This document shows, one piece after another, positions 45,278 to 53,923 of a stretch of 64,000 bases of DNA. The DNA comes from Methanomassiliicoccales archaeon. GTDB taxonomy: Archaea; Thermoplasmatota; Thermoplasmata; Methanomassiliicoccales; UBA472. Each line of letters starts with the position of its first letter. Position 1 is the stretch's first letter. Below the pieces are notes generated by a model. The model searched no databases. It saw only the letters and a program-made list of their open reading frames with translations, and was not told the origin of the DNA. A program made the position numbers and the translations under genes. Location: the NCBI GenBank assembly GCA_040765825.1, contig JAXGRO010000001.1, positions 46,483-110,482 on the forward strand, in the 5' to 3' direction.

Positions 45278-46146
45278 CAGCTCCACCCCCATTGACGCCT
45301 CATATCCTCGGCCACCCTCAGCACATCCTGTGCCCCCTGCAATCTGGCCTCATACCGCTTGGCCCATGAACCGTCCGGAGAGAGCCAGAGGCAGTGCAGC
45401 ATGATCGCCTCGCCCTCAGGGGAGGCCCAGATGCCCAGGGGGACCTGGCAGCTGGCCCCCAGCTCCAGCATAATCCCCCTCTCCACATCCACGCATCTCC
45501 GCGTCGGCAGATGGTCCAGCCGGGCGATGGCCCCGGCGCGTTCATCGCCCTCGCGGCAGACTAGCGCTATGGCCCCCTGCCCCGCCGGAGGCACCCAGAC
45601 CCCGGGGTCCAGAGCATGTCGGGGCACGTTCTCCCCCAGCCTCTCCAGTCCGGCCTCCGCCAGCACTATGGCGTGGTAATCCCCCCTGCGCCAGCGGTTG
45701 AGGCGGGTGGTGATGTTCCCGCGCAGCTCGGCCACCTCCAGGTCCGGCCGGAGATGCTTCAATAGGGCTTTGCGGCGCACGCTGGAGGTACCCACCACCG
45801 CCCCTTGCGGCAATGCGGACAGATCGGACCTGGACACCAGCACGTCCGCGGAGGGACCCCGGGGAAGGACCGCTGCCAGCATGGTCCCGGGCGTGAGCGC
45901 GGAGGGCATGTCCTTCAGGGAGTTCACCGCCAGGTCGATCTCCCCGGAGAGCAGCCTCTGGTCCAGCTCCTTGGTGAAAACACCGTACCCGCCCATGGCC
46001 TCCAGGGGGGTGCAGCGGTCCCGGTCCCCGCAGGTGGTGATGACCTTGATCTCCGGGGACAGGCCCTCCGGAAGGCCCCCGAGGGCCTCCAGGGCCAGAT
46101 CGGCCTGGGCCATGGCCAGGCGGCTCCCCCTGGTTCCCAGGATCAA
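45277..46146 (-). CDS. hemC: Porphobilinogen deaminase (hydroxymethylbilane synthase)
   Basis: It is the tail of track ORF 45277..47037. The sequence runs (M)ILGTRGSRLAMAQ...GNITTRL...GQGAIAL...ELGASCQVPLG. The TTG start at 46146 overlaps the hemL stop (TTGA). Confidence 0.9.
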   Translation of the reverse strand: MILGTRGSRLAMAQADLALEALGGLPEGLSPEIKVITTCGDRDRCTPLEAMGGYGVFTKELDQRLLSGEIDLAVNSLKDMPSALTPGTMLAAVLPRGPSADVLVSRSDLSALPQGAVVGTSSVRRKALLKHLRPDLEVAELRGNITTRLNRWRRGDYHAIVLAEAGLERLGENVPRHALDPGVWVPPAGQGAIALVCREGDERAGAIARLDHLPTRRCVDVERGIMLELGASCQVPLGIWASPEGEAIMLHCLWLSPDGSWAKRYEARLQGAQDVLRVAEDMRRQWGWS

Positions 46147-47423
46147 GCCATCCCCTCCAGGGCCTCTGAGAACGCCTGCGCGAGCATGCCCATCTCCCGG
46201 TCCCCGTGGGCCAGCGAAAGGAAGCAGGTCTCGAATTGGGAGGGGGGCATGCTCACCCCCAGTTCCAGCATGCTCCGGTAGAAGGACATGTACCTGGACC
46301 GGTCGCATTCCAGGACCTCCCTGGCGTTGCTCAGCGGCCCCCTGCCGAAGAATACCTGGAACATGGACCCCTCGCCCTGCACCTGGGCCTCGATGCCCAG
46401 CCGGGTTATTCCCCTGGAAAGTCGGCCGCGAAGCCGTTCGCCCCGGAGGTTGAGGTCCTGCAGACCCTCCGATTCCAGCACCTCCAGGGTCGCCAGCCCC
46501 GCGCTCAGGCTCATGGGGTTGCCGCTGTACGTTCCAGCCTGGTACACCCTGCCCAGCGGGGAGATGAGGGACATCATCTCCCTGGAGCCGCCGAAGGCAC
46601 CCATGGGCATGCCCCCGCCCAGCACCTTGCCCAGCACGGTCAGGTCCGGGCGAACGCCATAGAGCTCCTGGGCCCCTCCCAGGGAGAGTCGGAATCCGGT
46701 GATGACCTCGTCGAATATGAGCAATGAACCGTGAGAATCGGCCAGGCGGCGCACCTCCGCGAGGTACCCGGGGGAGGGCGGGACGGGGCCCACGTTCCCC
46801 AGCATGGGCTCCAGTATGATCGCGGCCACCTGACCCTTGTTGGCCCTCAGCGCCCCCTCCATCTGATCCGGGTCGTTGTAATCGACCACCAGAGTATGGG
46901 CGGCCACCTCCTCCAGCACCCCCGCAGAATCCGGGGAGCCGTGGGTCAGCGCCCCTGAGCCGGAGCGCACCAGCACGGCGTCGTGCGCACCGTGGAAGCC
47001 GCCGTCCACCTTTATGACCTTCTTGCGGCCGGTGCACCCGCGGGCCAGGCGCAGCGCGTGCATGGTGGCCTCGGTGCCGCTGCTCACGAAGCGCATCATC
47101 TCCATGCTCGGGAGGTGACCACGGACCTTCTCGGCCAGCAACACCTCCTTCTCGTGCGGCGCACCGTACAATGTGCCCAGGGCGGCCTGCTCCCGAAGAA
47201 CGCTGACGATGGCCGGATGGGCATGTCCCAGCAACATCGGCCCGTAGCCCAGCACCAGGTCCACGTACTCCCGGCCGTCGACGTCGACCACCATGGCCCC
47301 CCGCCCCTGTTCGATGTACAGGGGGAAGGGCTTCACCGCGCGCACCGGGGAGGACACCCCGCCGGGCATGAGGTCGACCGCCCTTGAGTATAGCTTCCTT
47401 GAGCGTTCGGTCAGTTCACTCAC
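46143..47423 (-). CDS. hemL: Glutamate-1-semialdehyde 2,1-aminomutase
   Basis: It shows the class-III aminotransferase pattern PGGVSSPVRA, FDEVITGFR and the lysine region VLGKVLGGG. The start is GTG. Confidence 0.95.
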   Translation of the reverse strand: MSELTERSRKLYSRAVDLMPGGVSSPVRAVKPFPLYIEQGRGAMVVDVDGREYVDLVLGYGPMLLGHAHPAIVSVLREQAALGTLYGAPHEKEVLLAEKVRGHLPSMEMMRFVSSGTEATMHALRLARGCTGRKKVIKVDGGFHGAHDAVLVRSGSGALTHGSPDSAGVLEEVAAHTLVVDYNDPDQMEGALRANKGQVAAIILEPMLGNVGPVPPSPGYLAEVRRLADSHGSLLIFDEVITGFRLSLGGAQELYGVRPDLTVLGKVLGGGMPMGAFGGSREMMSLISPLGRVYQAGTYSGNPMSLSAGLATLEVLESEGLQDLNLRGERLRGRLSRGITRLGIEAQVQGEGSMFQVFFGRGPLSNAREVLECDRSRYMSFYRSMLELGVSMPPSQFETCFLSLAHGDREMGMLAQAFSEALEGMA

Positions 47424-48369
47424 CTCGGAGAACGTTGGCGATGTCGGCGGCGAAGTATGATATGATGAGGTCCGCCCCCGCCCTGCGTATGCATTGCAGC
47501 GATTCCATGATGCCCGCCTTGAGGTCCAGGGCCCCCTGCGCCGCGGCGCACATGATCATGGCGTACTCGCCGCTCACCTGATAGGCGCAGATGGGCAGGT
47601 CGAACTCCTGATGGGCCCGGAATATCACGTCCAGGTAGGGCAGGGCAGGCTTGACCATCAGGATGTCCGCCCCCTCCTGCGCATCCGCCCTAAGCTCCCG
47701 GACGGCCTGCCGGGCGTTGCCTGGGTCCATCTGGTGGGAGCGGCGGTCGCCATGCGATGGGCAGCTGCCAACCATGTCCCGGAAGGGACCGTAGAAGCAT
47801 GAGGCGAACTTGGCCGAATAGGCCATTATCCCCGTGTCGATGAACCCTTCGGCGTCCAGGGCCTTCCGTATGGCCGCCACCTGCCCGTCCATCATGCCCG
47901 AGGGGGCCACCATATCCGCCCCGGCCCGGGCATGGGAGACGGCTATCCTTCCATATAGCTCCAGGGTGGGGTCGTTGAGCACCATGCCGCCCTCCAGCAC
48001 CCCGCAGTGTCCGTGGTCGGTGTACTCGCAAAGGCACAGGTCGGTGATGACCGGAAGATCGCAAGCATCCTTGACCTTCCTGATCGCCCTCTGCACCGCC
48101 CCCGGGGGGTTCCATGCCTCCGAACCCGTGGGATCCTTGCTGCACGGCACTCCGAACAGCAGCACCGCGCCAAGTCCGAGATTGCCCAGGCGAACGCATT
48201 CCCCGGCCACCTCGTCCAGGGGCAGCGCGAACTGCCCGGGAAGGGTGGACACCTCCCTCCGTTCACTGATGTTCTCGTCCACGAACACCGGTTGGATCAG
48301 CTGTCCGGGCCGCAGGGAGGTCTCCTGGAGCATCCTGCGCAGTTGCGGCGTGGTCCTAAGCCTTCTCAT
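47416..48369 (-). CDS. hemB: Porphobilinogen synthase (ALA dehydratase)
   Basis: It begins MRRLRTTPQLRRMLQETSL and has MVKPALPYLD (the active-site Lys) and YQVSGEYAM. ATG 48369 follows AGGAAAGG and lies inside the hemA 3' end. Confidence 0.9.
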   Translation of the reverse strand: MRRLRTTPQLRRMLQETSLRPGQLIQPVFVDENISERREVSTLPGQFALPLDEVAGECVRLGNLGLGAVLLFGVPCSKDPTGSEAWNPPGAVQRAIRKVKDACDLPVITDLCLCEYTDHGHCGVLEGGMVLNDPTLELYGRIAVSHARAGADMVAPSGMMDGQVAAIRKALDAEGFIDTGIMAYSAKFASCFYGPFRDMVGSCPSHGDRRSHQMDPGNARQAVRELRADAQEGADILMVKPALPYLDVIFRAHQEFDLPICAYQVSGEYAMIMCAAAQGALDLKAGIMESLQCIRRAGADLIISYFAADIANVLRGE

Positions 48370-49626
48370 CCTTTCCTGCGGGTACGTCCTGCACCACCTC
48401 CAATGCGAATATCTCCTTGGTACTGCGCAGCAGTCCACCATCACCCTGCCTGCTGGCGATCTTGACCGCGGCTGTGGGATCGGCCAGGAAGCGGCTCATC
48501 AGGGATGAGGCCAGAGCCTCCAGCACCTCCTCGGCGGATTCCCCTGCCTTCAGCCGGTTCAGGGCCTTGCCCACCTCCCGGGCCTTCATGCCCTCGTACT
48601 TGATGTAGACCAGCCGGAGGATCTCCGCGGCCCTCATCTCGTCCAACCGGCGGGAGAGCAGGTCCAGCTCGTCCTTTACCACCCGTTCGGCGTTGAAGAC
48701 CTCCATCCTGCGCCTCTCCAGGTTCTCCCTGGCCACCTCGTTCAAGGCCGACAGGTCGCAGAGTTGCACTCCCGGTATGGAGCGCACGGCCTGGTCCACG
48801 TTGCGCGGGAAGGAGACGTCGATTATGAACATGCCCCGACCCGAACGTCGCTCCATGGCCGGGGATATCTCCTTGAGTCCCAGGATGTTGTGGGTGGCCG
48901 AGGTGGCGCAGAGAACCACGTCGGCCTTGACCAGATAGTCATGGAGATGCTCGAAGCGCACCGCCTTCCCGTCCAGCGACCAGGCCAGCTCCACCGCCCG
49001 TGCATAGGTGCGGTTGGAGACGAAGACCGCCTCCGGCCCCTTCCCGGCCAGATGCTTGGCGATCAGGGAGGCCATCTGTCCGGCCCCCACCACCAGGACG
49101 GTCTTGCCCTTCAGGTCCCCCATGCGGGATTCGGCCAGGTCCACCGCGGCCGAGCCGATCGATACATTGCCCTTGTTCACCCGGGTCTCGGTTCGCACCC
49201 TCTTTCCGGTGTTGAGGGCTTTGCGGAACACCTCGCCCATCAGCGGACCGCAGCACCCCTCGCGGCAGGAGAGCTCGAAGGCCTCCTTTACCTGGGACTG
49301 GATCTGGTCCTCACCCACGATCATGGATTCCAGCCCCGAGGCCACCCGCAGGAGATGATGCAGGGTCTCCTTTCCAGCCATGTACCGGACCAGACTGCCC
49401 TGGGCCTCGTAGGGGAGAAGCGATGCCACAAGGCCCTCCAGCCCCTCGCGTGCCGCCTCCCTTTCCCGGGACACCAGGTAGAACTCACCCGGTTGCAGGT
49501 CTTGAGCACCGCGCACTCGCCACCTGGGCGGTGCGCATCTCTGAAGAATGGCCGCGGCGTCCATCTGCCCCAGCTGCCCCAGGTCCTGGATACGGAGTCC
49601 TTGTGCTTGATGTGCGCGCTGAGCAA
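48356..49626 (-). pseudogene. hemA: Glutamyl-tRNA reductase with 5' region broken by three apparent 1-nt indels (or sequence errors)
   Basis: The body frame (48356..49564) carries GLESMIVGEDQIQSQV, the NADPH site VVGAGQMA and the dimerisation helix. The catalytic motif LKTCNRV is encoded only in the other frame (ORF 49321..49626, TTG start 7 nt after the sirC stop). EFYLV follows it in the body frame. Confidence 0.8.
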
Positions 49627-49633
49627 AAGAACG

Positions 49634-50218
49634 TCATTTGACCGCCTCCTTGGCGATCTCCCGTACCTCGTCTTGATCGCGGGCCAATGCCTCCCAGACG
49701 TGCCTGTTCTCCAGCATACGCCGGATACGCCCCTCCCTATCAGCTGGATCGGGGAATGTCTCCCTCAGCTCCTCCCTCAGCCTCTCGCTGAGGTCCACCA
49801 TGTCCTCGATGGAAGCGGACAGATCCCTCTCCAGCAGCAGACGGATGTACCTGGACATGCCAGGGCTACGACCCAGTGTGGACACTGCGATGGTGTAATT
49901 GCGTTTCTCCACCACCGAGGGAATGAGGAAATCACCTGGGCGGTCGGACCTGTTGCATGGCTTTCCCTGGACCCTTGCGCGTTCGAATATGACATCGTCG
50001 GTCGAGGTGTCTCCGGTGGCGGCCACCACGAGGTCCGTCCCGCCGATCAGGTGAAGGTTATCGAGGACCTCCCCTCTGATGAAGCGGATGCCTGCAGGGA
50101 CCTCGCACGGCTGCCGGTCCACGATAACGACATCGGCCTCCTTGAAGAGGTACAAGGCCTTGCGCATGCCCACTAGCCCGGCGCCGAAGACCACCGCCTT
50201 CCTCCCTCTGAGATCCAT
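49634..50218 (-). CDS. sirC: Precorrin-2 dehydrogenase / sirohydrochlorin-forming enzyme (SirC, CysG-N/Met8-like)
   Basis: 194 aa with the Rossmann motif KAVVFGAGLVGMRK, followed by the SirC-type C-terminal helical domain. Confidence 0.8.
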   Translation of the reverse strand: MDLRGRKAVVFGAGLVGMRKALYLFKEADVVIVDRQPCEVPAGIRFIRGEVLDNLHLIGGTDLVVAATGDTSTDDVIFERARVQGKPCNRSDRPGDFLIPSVVEKRNYTIAVSTLGRSPGMSRYIRLLLERDLSASIEDMVDLSERLREELRETFPDPADREGRIRRMLENRHVWEALARDQDEVREIAKEAVK

Positions 50219-50293
50219 GAACAGGGGTAACAGCTAGACCACTCGGACCCCCACATATCTTAGCGTAATAAAAATGCTTCTATTTTTAATATG

Positions 50294-50320
50294 AATAACA
50301 TTCATATAATTAATGTTATT
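50294..50320. promoter_or_regulatory. Perfect 9-bp inverted repeat centred in sirC/cfbA divergent control region
   Basis: The repeat is AATAACATT-catataatt-AATGTTATT. It lies between the TATA-like element for sirC (rc of ~50262-50275) and the one for cfbA (taatatttat, ~50336-50346). Confidence 0.45.
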
Positions 50321-50380
50321 TTTAGATTCAATAGTAATATTTATCAAGTCCTTGGAATATCGGCATGCAAGGTGGTTCTG

Positions 50381-50770
50381 ATGAAGAACGGAGTATTGGT
50401 AGTGGGACATGGAAGCAAGATGGAGCACAACATGGGACTGGTGGTCAGCATGGCCAAGAGACTTCAGGAGAAGGGCGAGTTCGGACCGGTGGAGGCCGCG
50501 TTCATGCAGCTGAACGATCCGGACATACCCACTGGGCTGGCCAACGTGGCCGCCAGGGGCGCGGACATTATCTACGTGGTGCCCTGCTTCCTGGCCACGG
50601 GCATACACACCACCGAGGACATCCCGGGCGTGTTGGGGTTCTCCAAGGGGCAGCGCTCCGGAAAGGTCAAGGCGGGAGGGCGCACCGTGGAGGTCCGCTA
50701 CTGCCAGCCAATGGGTGACGACGCCCGCCTGGCGGAGATACTGGCCGACCGGGTCAAGGCCGAGATGTGA
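50381..50770 (+). CDS. cfbA: Sirohydrochlorin nickelochelatase / small CbiX(S)-type chelatase
   Basis: 129 aa from ATG 50381 (AAGGTGG upstream). LVVGHGSK and PCFLATGIHTTEDIP are the class II chelatase His motifs. Confidence 0.85.
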   Translation: MKNGVLVVGHGSKMEHNMGLVVSMAKRLQEKGEFGPVEAAFMQLNDPDIPTGLANVAARGADIIYVVPCFLATGIHTTEDIPGVLGFSKGQRSGKVKAGGRTVEVRYCQPMGDDARLAEILADRVKAEM

Positions 50771-50772
50771 AC

Positions 50773-52056
50773 ATGAAGGTGCTCGTACTGGACCTCACCC
50801 ATGGTGGGGAGGTCCTGGCCCGGGAGTACCTGCGCCGCGGGAACCAAGTCACTGCGGTGGACATCTATCGAACTGCCGTGGAGACCGCACGATGCCTTTC
50901 CGCTGAGGGAGTGCGTATCCTTCCGGCGGCGCCGGACGAGCGGTTCGATCTTGCGGTGGCTCCCGTGCATTCACCGGACCGTTTCATCGGGAAGGCCTTG
51001 GCCGATCGAAAGCTCACCCATCATCAGGCCGTGGGTGAACTGGCCAGCTTCCCGTATCCGGTGGTGGAGGTCACCGGGGTCAGGGGTAAGACCGGCACCG
51101 TGCGCGTGCTCTCATTCCTGATGGCCTCGATGGGCAGGAGGGTGTTGTGCCTGAGCAGCTCGGGACTGAGCCGGTACGATGGTGAGGAGACGGTGCTGGA
51201 GGACAAGGTCAGCATTGCCCCTCCCACCTTGCTCAGGCTGTCCTCCTCGCCAACGGACGTGGACCTCGGCGTCTTCGAGGTCAGCCTGGGAGGCACCGGG
51301 ATCGGGAAGGTCTCGGTGATAACCGGCCTGCAGGAGAATTATCCCATCGCGGCCGGTACGCGCCGGGCCTTCGACGGAAAATCGCAGATGGCCGAATCGG
51401 CCCGGGATGTCCTGATCATCCCCAAGGGTGAGGAGGAGACCTGGAGGCCCCTGGCCCGGAGATGCCGGCGGATGGTGACCTTCGGCAAGGGCGGCGATGT
51501 GGAGGCGGAGGTGTCGAACGCGGCACTGGGCTCCCCTTCCCTGCTCACCGTGCGCACTGGGCGGGGAGAGAGGGAGGTCCCCCTGCAGCCGTCGTTCCTG
51601 CCTGATGCTTACACCCTGGCCTTCTCCTGCGCCCTGGCCGCGGCCGAGGGATTGGGCAGCGACCCGCTGGAAATTTGCCCGTCGTTGAGCGGCTTTCCGG
51701 GCGCCAGAGGAAGGGCCGAGGTCCTTGTGGACGAACGGGGGGAGATGGTCAGGGAACGCAACCCCGGGGTGTGCACCGCCTCCTTGGACTTCATCATTGA
51801 CCGCATGGTCCGAGAACACGGGTGCCGGGACATCGGACTGGTGCTCGATCCTGTGAACATGAAGGTGTGCGAGAAGCTGGACCTGGAACGGATGGCGGAG
51901 ATGTGCGAGCGGCATCCCCAGGTCACCGGGAGGTACATTCTTCCCAGTGGGATGCGGGAAGGCGGTTCACAGCTCTTCGAGCCCGTTGGTAACGTGGACG
52001 AGGTCCGGACGCGCCACCGCACCGTGCTGTGGGCCACCAAGGAGGGATACCTTTGA
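50773..52056 (+). CDS. cfbE: Coenzyme F430 synthetase (Mur-ligase-like)
   Basis: It begins MKVLVLDLTHGG and has the P-loop VTGVRGKTGT, with Mur-ligase-like central and C-terminal domains. GTG 50767, overlapping the cfbA stop, is an alternative start. Confidence 0.85.
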   Translation: MKVLVLDLTHGGEVLAREYLRRGNQVTAVDIYRTAVETARCLSAEGVRILPAAPDERFDLAVAPVHSPDRFIGKALADRKLTHHQAVGELASFPYPVVEVTGVRGKTGTVRVLSFLMASMGRRVLCLSSSGLSRYDGEETVLEDKVSIAPPTLLRLSSSPTDVDLGVFEVSLGGTGIGKVSVITGLQENYPIAAGTRRAFDGKSQMAESARDVLIIPKGEEETWRPLARRCRRMVTFGKGGDVEAEVSNAALGSPSLLTVRTGRGEREVPLQPSFLPDAYTLAFSCALAAAEGLGSDPLEICPSLSGFPGARGRAEVLVDERGEMVRERNPGVCTASLDFIIDRMVREHGCRDIGLVLDPVNMKVCEKLDLERMAEMCERHPQVTGRYILPSGMREGGSQLFEPVGNVDEVRTRHRTVLWATKEGYL

Positions 52057-53135
52057 GCGATGTGCTGCACCCCCGGCCGAACCCCATAGTTGCCGCCATG
52101 TACACCCTGCGGGACATGGACGCCGAGGTGATCGTGGTGCACGGTCCCGCCGGATGCGGATTCATGGTCTCCAGGCGATTGGAGGACGCCGGGGTCCGCG
52201 TTGTCACCACGGGCATGAAGGAGAACGATCTGATATTCGGGGCCGAGGAGAAGCTGGCGGAAACGCTTCGTCTGGTGCAGGACCGTTTCTCCCCGGGCCT
52301 GGTGGGGGTCGTGGGGACCTGCGCCAGCATGATAATCGGCGAGAACCTGGACCGGGCGGTGCAGAAGGCCGGGCTCAAGGCCAAGGTCATCCCGGTCGAC
52401 GTGCACGGCTGTTCGGGGGCCAACACCACCGGGGCCATAAGGGCCCTGGAGGTGGCCGCTGAGAGGGGGGTGATCCCGCAGGAGGAGATGTTCCGCCAGA
52501 GGGAGATGCTGACCCGGGCCACCCTGCTGGAGAGCAACCGGGGGCTGACCAGCAAGGAGCACCTGTCACCGAACTACGGGGTCACCAAGTACTCGGCCGC
52601 GAGACGCATCAGGGACGTCCTGGCCACAGGGGGACGGGTCCTGGTGGTTCTGAACGGCAAGAAGGAGCTGGCCTACGGGCATGCCGACGTGCTGCGGGGG
52701 GTGCAGGAGAGCGCGGACGCCCTGGGCGGAGAGGCCGTCTTCGTGGGCAACCTGGACCCGAACGTGGGATTGCCGCGCATCCGTCGTTACGCTCGGGAAA
52801 TACTGAGGGACCTGGAGTGCGCCGGGGTGTCCCTGGAACGTGACACCGGTGGGCTGGACGAGTACCCCGTGGCGGGGATCAGGGCCGCGGAGGCGGTAAG
52901 CGAGATCGACCACGATCTGCTGGTGGCCTGCGGCATTGTGCATGCCATACCGAACCTTGACCGCAGGGCGGTGCTGGTCTCCGACCAGCCGCGGGAGGTG
53001 GACAATTACCTTCGTGACGGTTATGCCATGGTGGTCTCCGAACCGGACATCCACCCCCGGGTCATGGGAGCCTCGGGGATCATCAGGATGGAGCTGGCGG
53101 ACACCCTGCGCGAGATGGCCGCGGAGGGGAAATGA
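52053..53135 (+). CDS. cfbD: Ni-sirohydrochlorin a,c-diamide reductive cyclase, NifD/BchN-like subunit (NflD)
   Basis: HGPAGCG and VGTCASMIIGENL are nitrogenase-component-1-like. The TTG start at 52053 follows AAGGAGGGA and overlaps the cfbE stop. Confidence 0.85.
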   Translation: MSDVLHPRPNPIVAAMYTLRDMDAEVIVVHGPAGCGFMVSRRLEDAGVRVVTTGMKENDLIFGAEEKLAETLRLVQDRFSPGLVGVVGTCASMIIGENLDRAVQKAGLKAKVIPVDVHGCSGANTTGAIRALEVAAERGVIPQEEMFRQREMLTRATLLESNRGLTSKEHLSPNYGVTKYSAARRIRDVLATGGRVLVVLNGKKELAYGHADVLRGVQESADALGGEAVFVGNLDPNVGLPRIRRYAREILRDLECAGVSLERDTGGLDEYPVAGIRAAEAVSEIDHDLLVACGIVHAIPNLDRRAVLVSDQPREVDNYLRDGYAMVVSEPDIHPRVMGASGIIRMELADTLREMAAEGK

Positions 53136-53923
53136 GGCAGATAGCAATCTACGGGAAGGGCGGCATCGGAAAATCCACGGTGGCCGCCAATGTGGTGGCC
53201 AGCATGGCCGAGTCCGGCCTTCGCGTATGGTACGTGGGCTGCGACCCCAAGGCCGACGGTTCCATGACCCTGCTGGGCGGAAGGAAGATGGAAACATTCC
53301 TGGACCGCATGAAGGATGGCGGGCCCGGGGAATACGAGGTGGGATTGGGCTTCCAAGGGGCCATGTGCATGGAGGTCGGAGGCCCTCTGGCGGGCGTGGG
53401 CTGCGCCGGCCGGGGGATTATTGTTGCACTGCAGGCCCTGAAGAGGGACCACTTCCGGGACCCTCCGGACGTGGTGCTCTACGACGTCCCAGGGGACGTG
53501 GTCTGCGGTGGCTTCGCCACCCCGGTGCGCCAGGGGTTCGCGGACGAGGTGTACGTGGTCACCTCCGGAGAGTACCTGTCCCTGTACGCCGCCAACAACA
53601 TATGCCGGGGGATGCGCAACCTGGGGGTGGGAGTGGGCGGCCTGATCTGCAACTCCAGGGAAGTGATGAACGAGAGGGAGGCTGTGGCCTCGGTGGCGGG
53701 AAGGCTGGGCACCAAGATGCTGGGATTCGTGCCCCGGCACCGTTCCGTGCGGGACTGCGAGAACGCCGGCCGAACGGTGGTCGAGGGGGCGCCCGATTCC
53801 GAGCAGGCCCGGGCCTACCGGGAGCTGGCGGCCGCCATGCTCTCCAATTCCAGCTTCGCCGTGCCCCAGCCAATCGACCCCGCGGAGCTGCGATCGATGC
53901 TTAAGGAGCTGACCGCGGAATGA
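53132..53923 (+). CDS. cfbC: Ni-sirohydrochlorin a,c-diamide reductive cyclase, NifH-like ATPase subunit (NflH)
   Basis: IYGKGGIGKSTV, GCDPKADG and the cluster Cys residues GVGCAGRG...CGGF are present. It has an ATGA overlap with cfbD. Confidence 0.9.
   Translation: MRQIAIYGKGGIGKSTVAANVVASMAESGLRVWYVGCDPKADGSMTLLGGRKMETFLDRMKDGGPGEYEVGLGFQGAMCMEVGGPLAGVGCAGRGIIVALQALKRDHFRDPPDVVLYDVPGDVVCGGFATPVRQGFADEVYVVTSGEYLSLYAANNICRGMRNLGVGVGGLICNSREVMNEREAVASVAGRLGTKMLGFVPRHRSVRDCENAGRTVVEGAPDSEQARAYRELAAAMLSNSSFAVPQPIDPAELRSMLKELTAE

Noticed and set aside
45277-47037. 586-aa ORF suggesting a large fused protein
   Set aside because: Only the last 289 codons (from TTG 46146) are hemC. The upstream part is an alternate frame of hemL.
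52053-53923. NifH-like and NifD-like genes as a nitrogenase (nif) cluster
   Set aside because: No nifK, nifB, nifE or nifN genes are adjacent, and the pair is embedded between the chelatase, CbiA-type amidase and Mur-ligase-like genes. This is the CfbC/CfbD (NflH/NflD) context of F430 synthesis, not N2 fixation.
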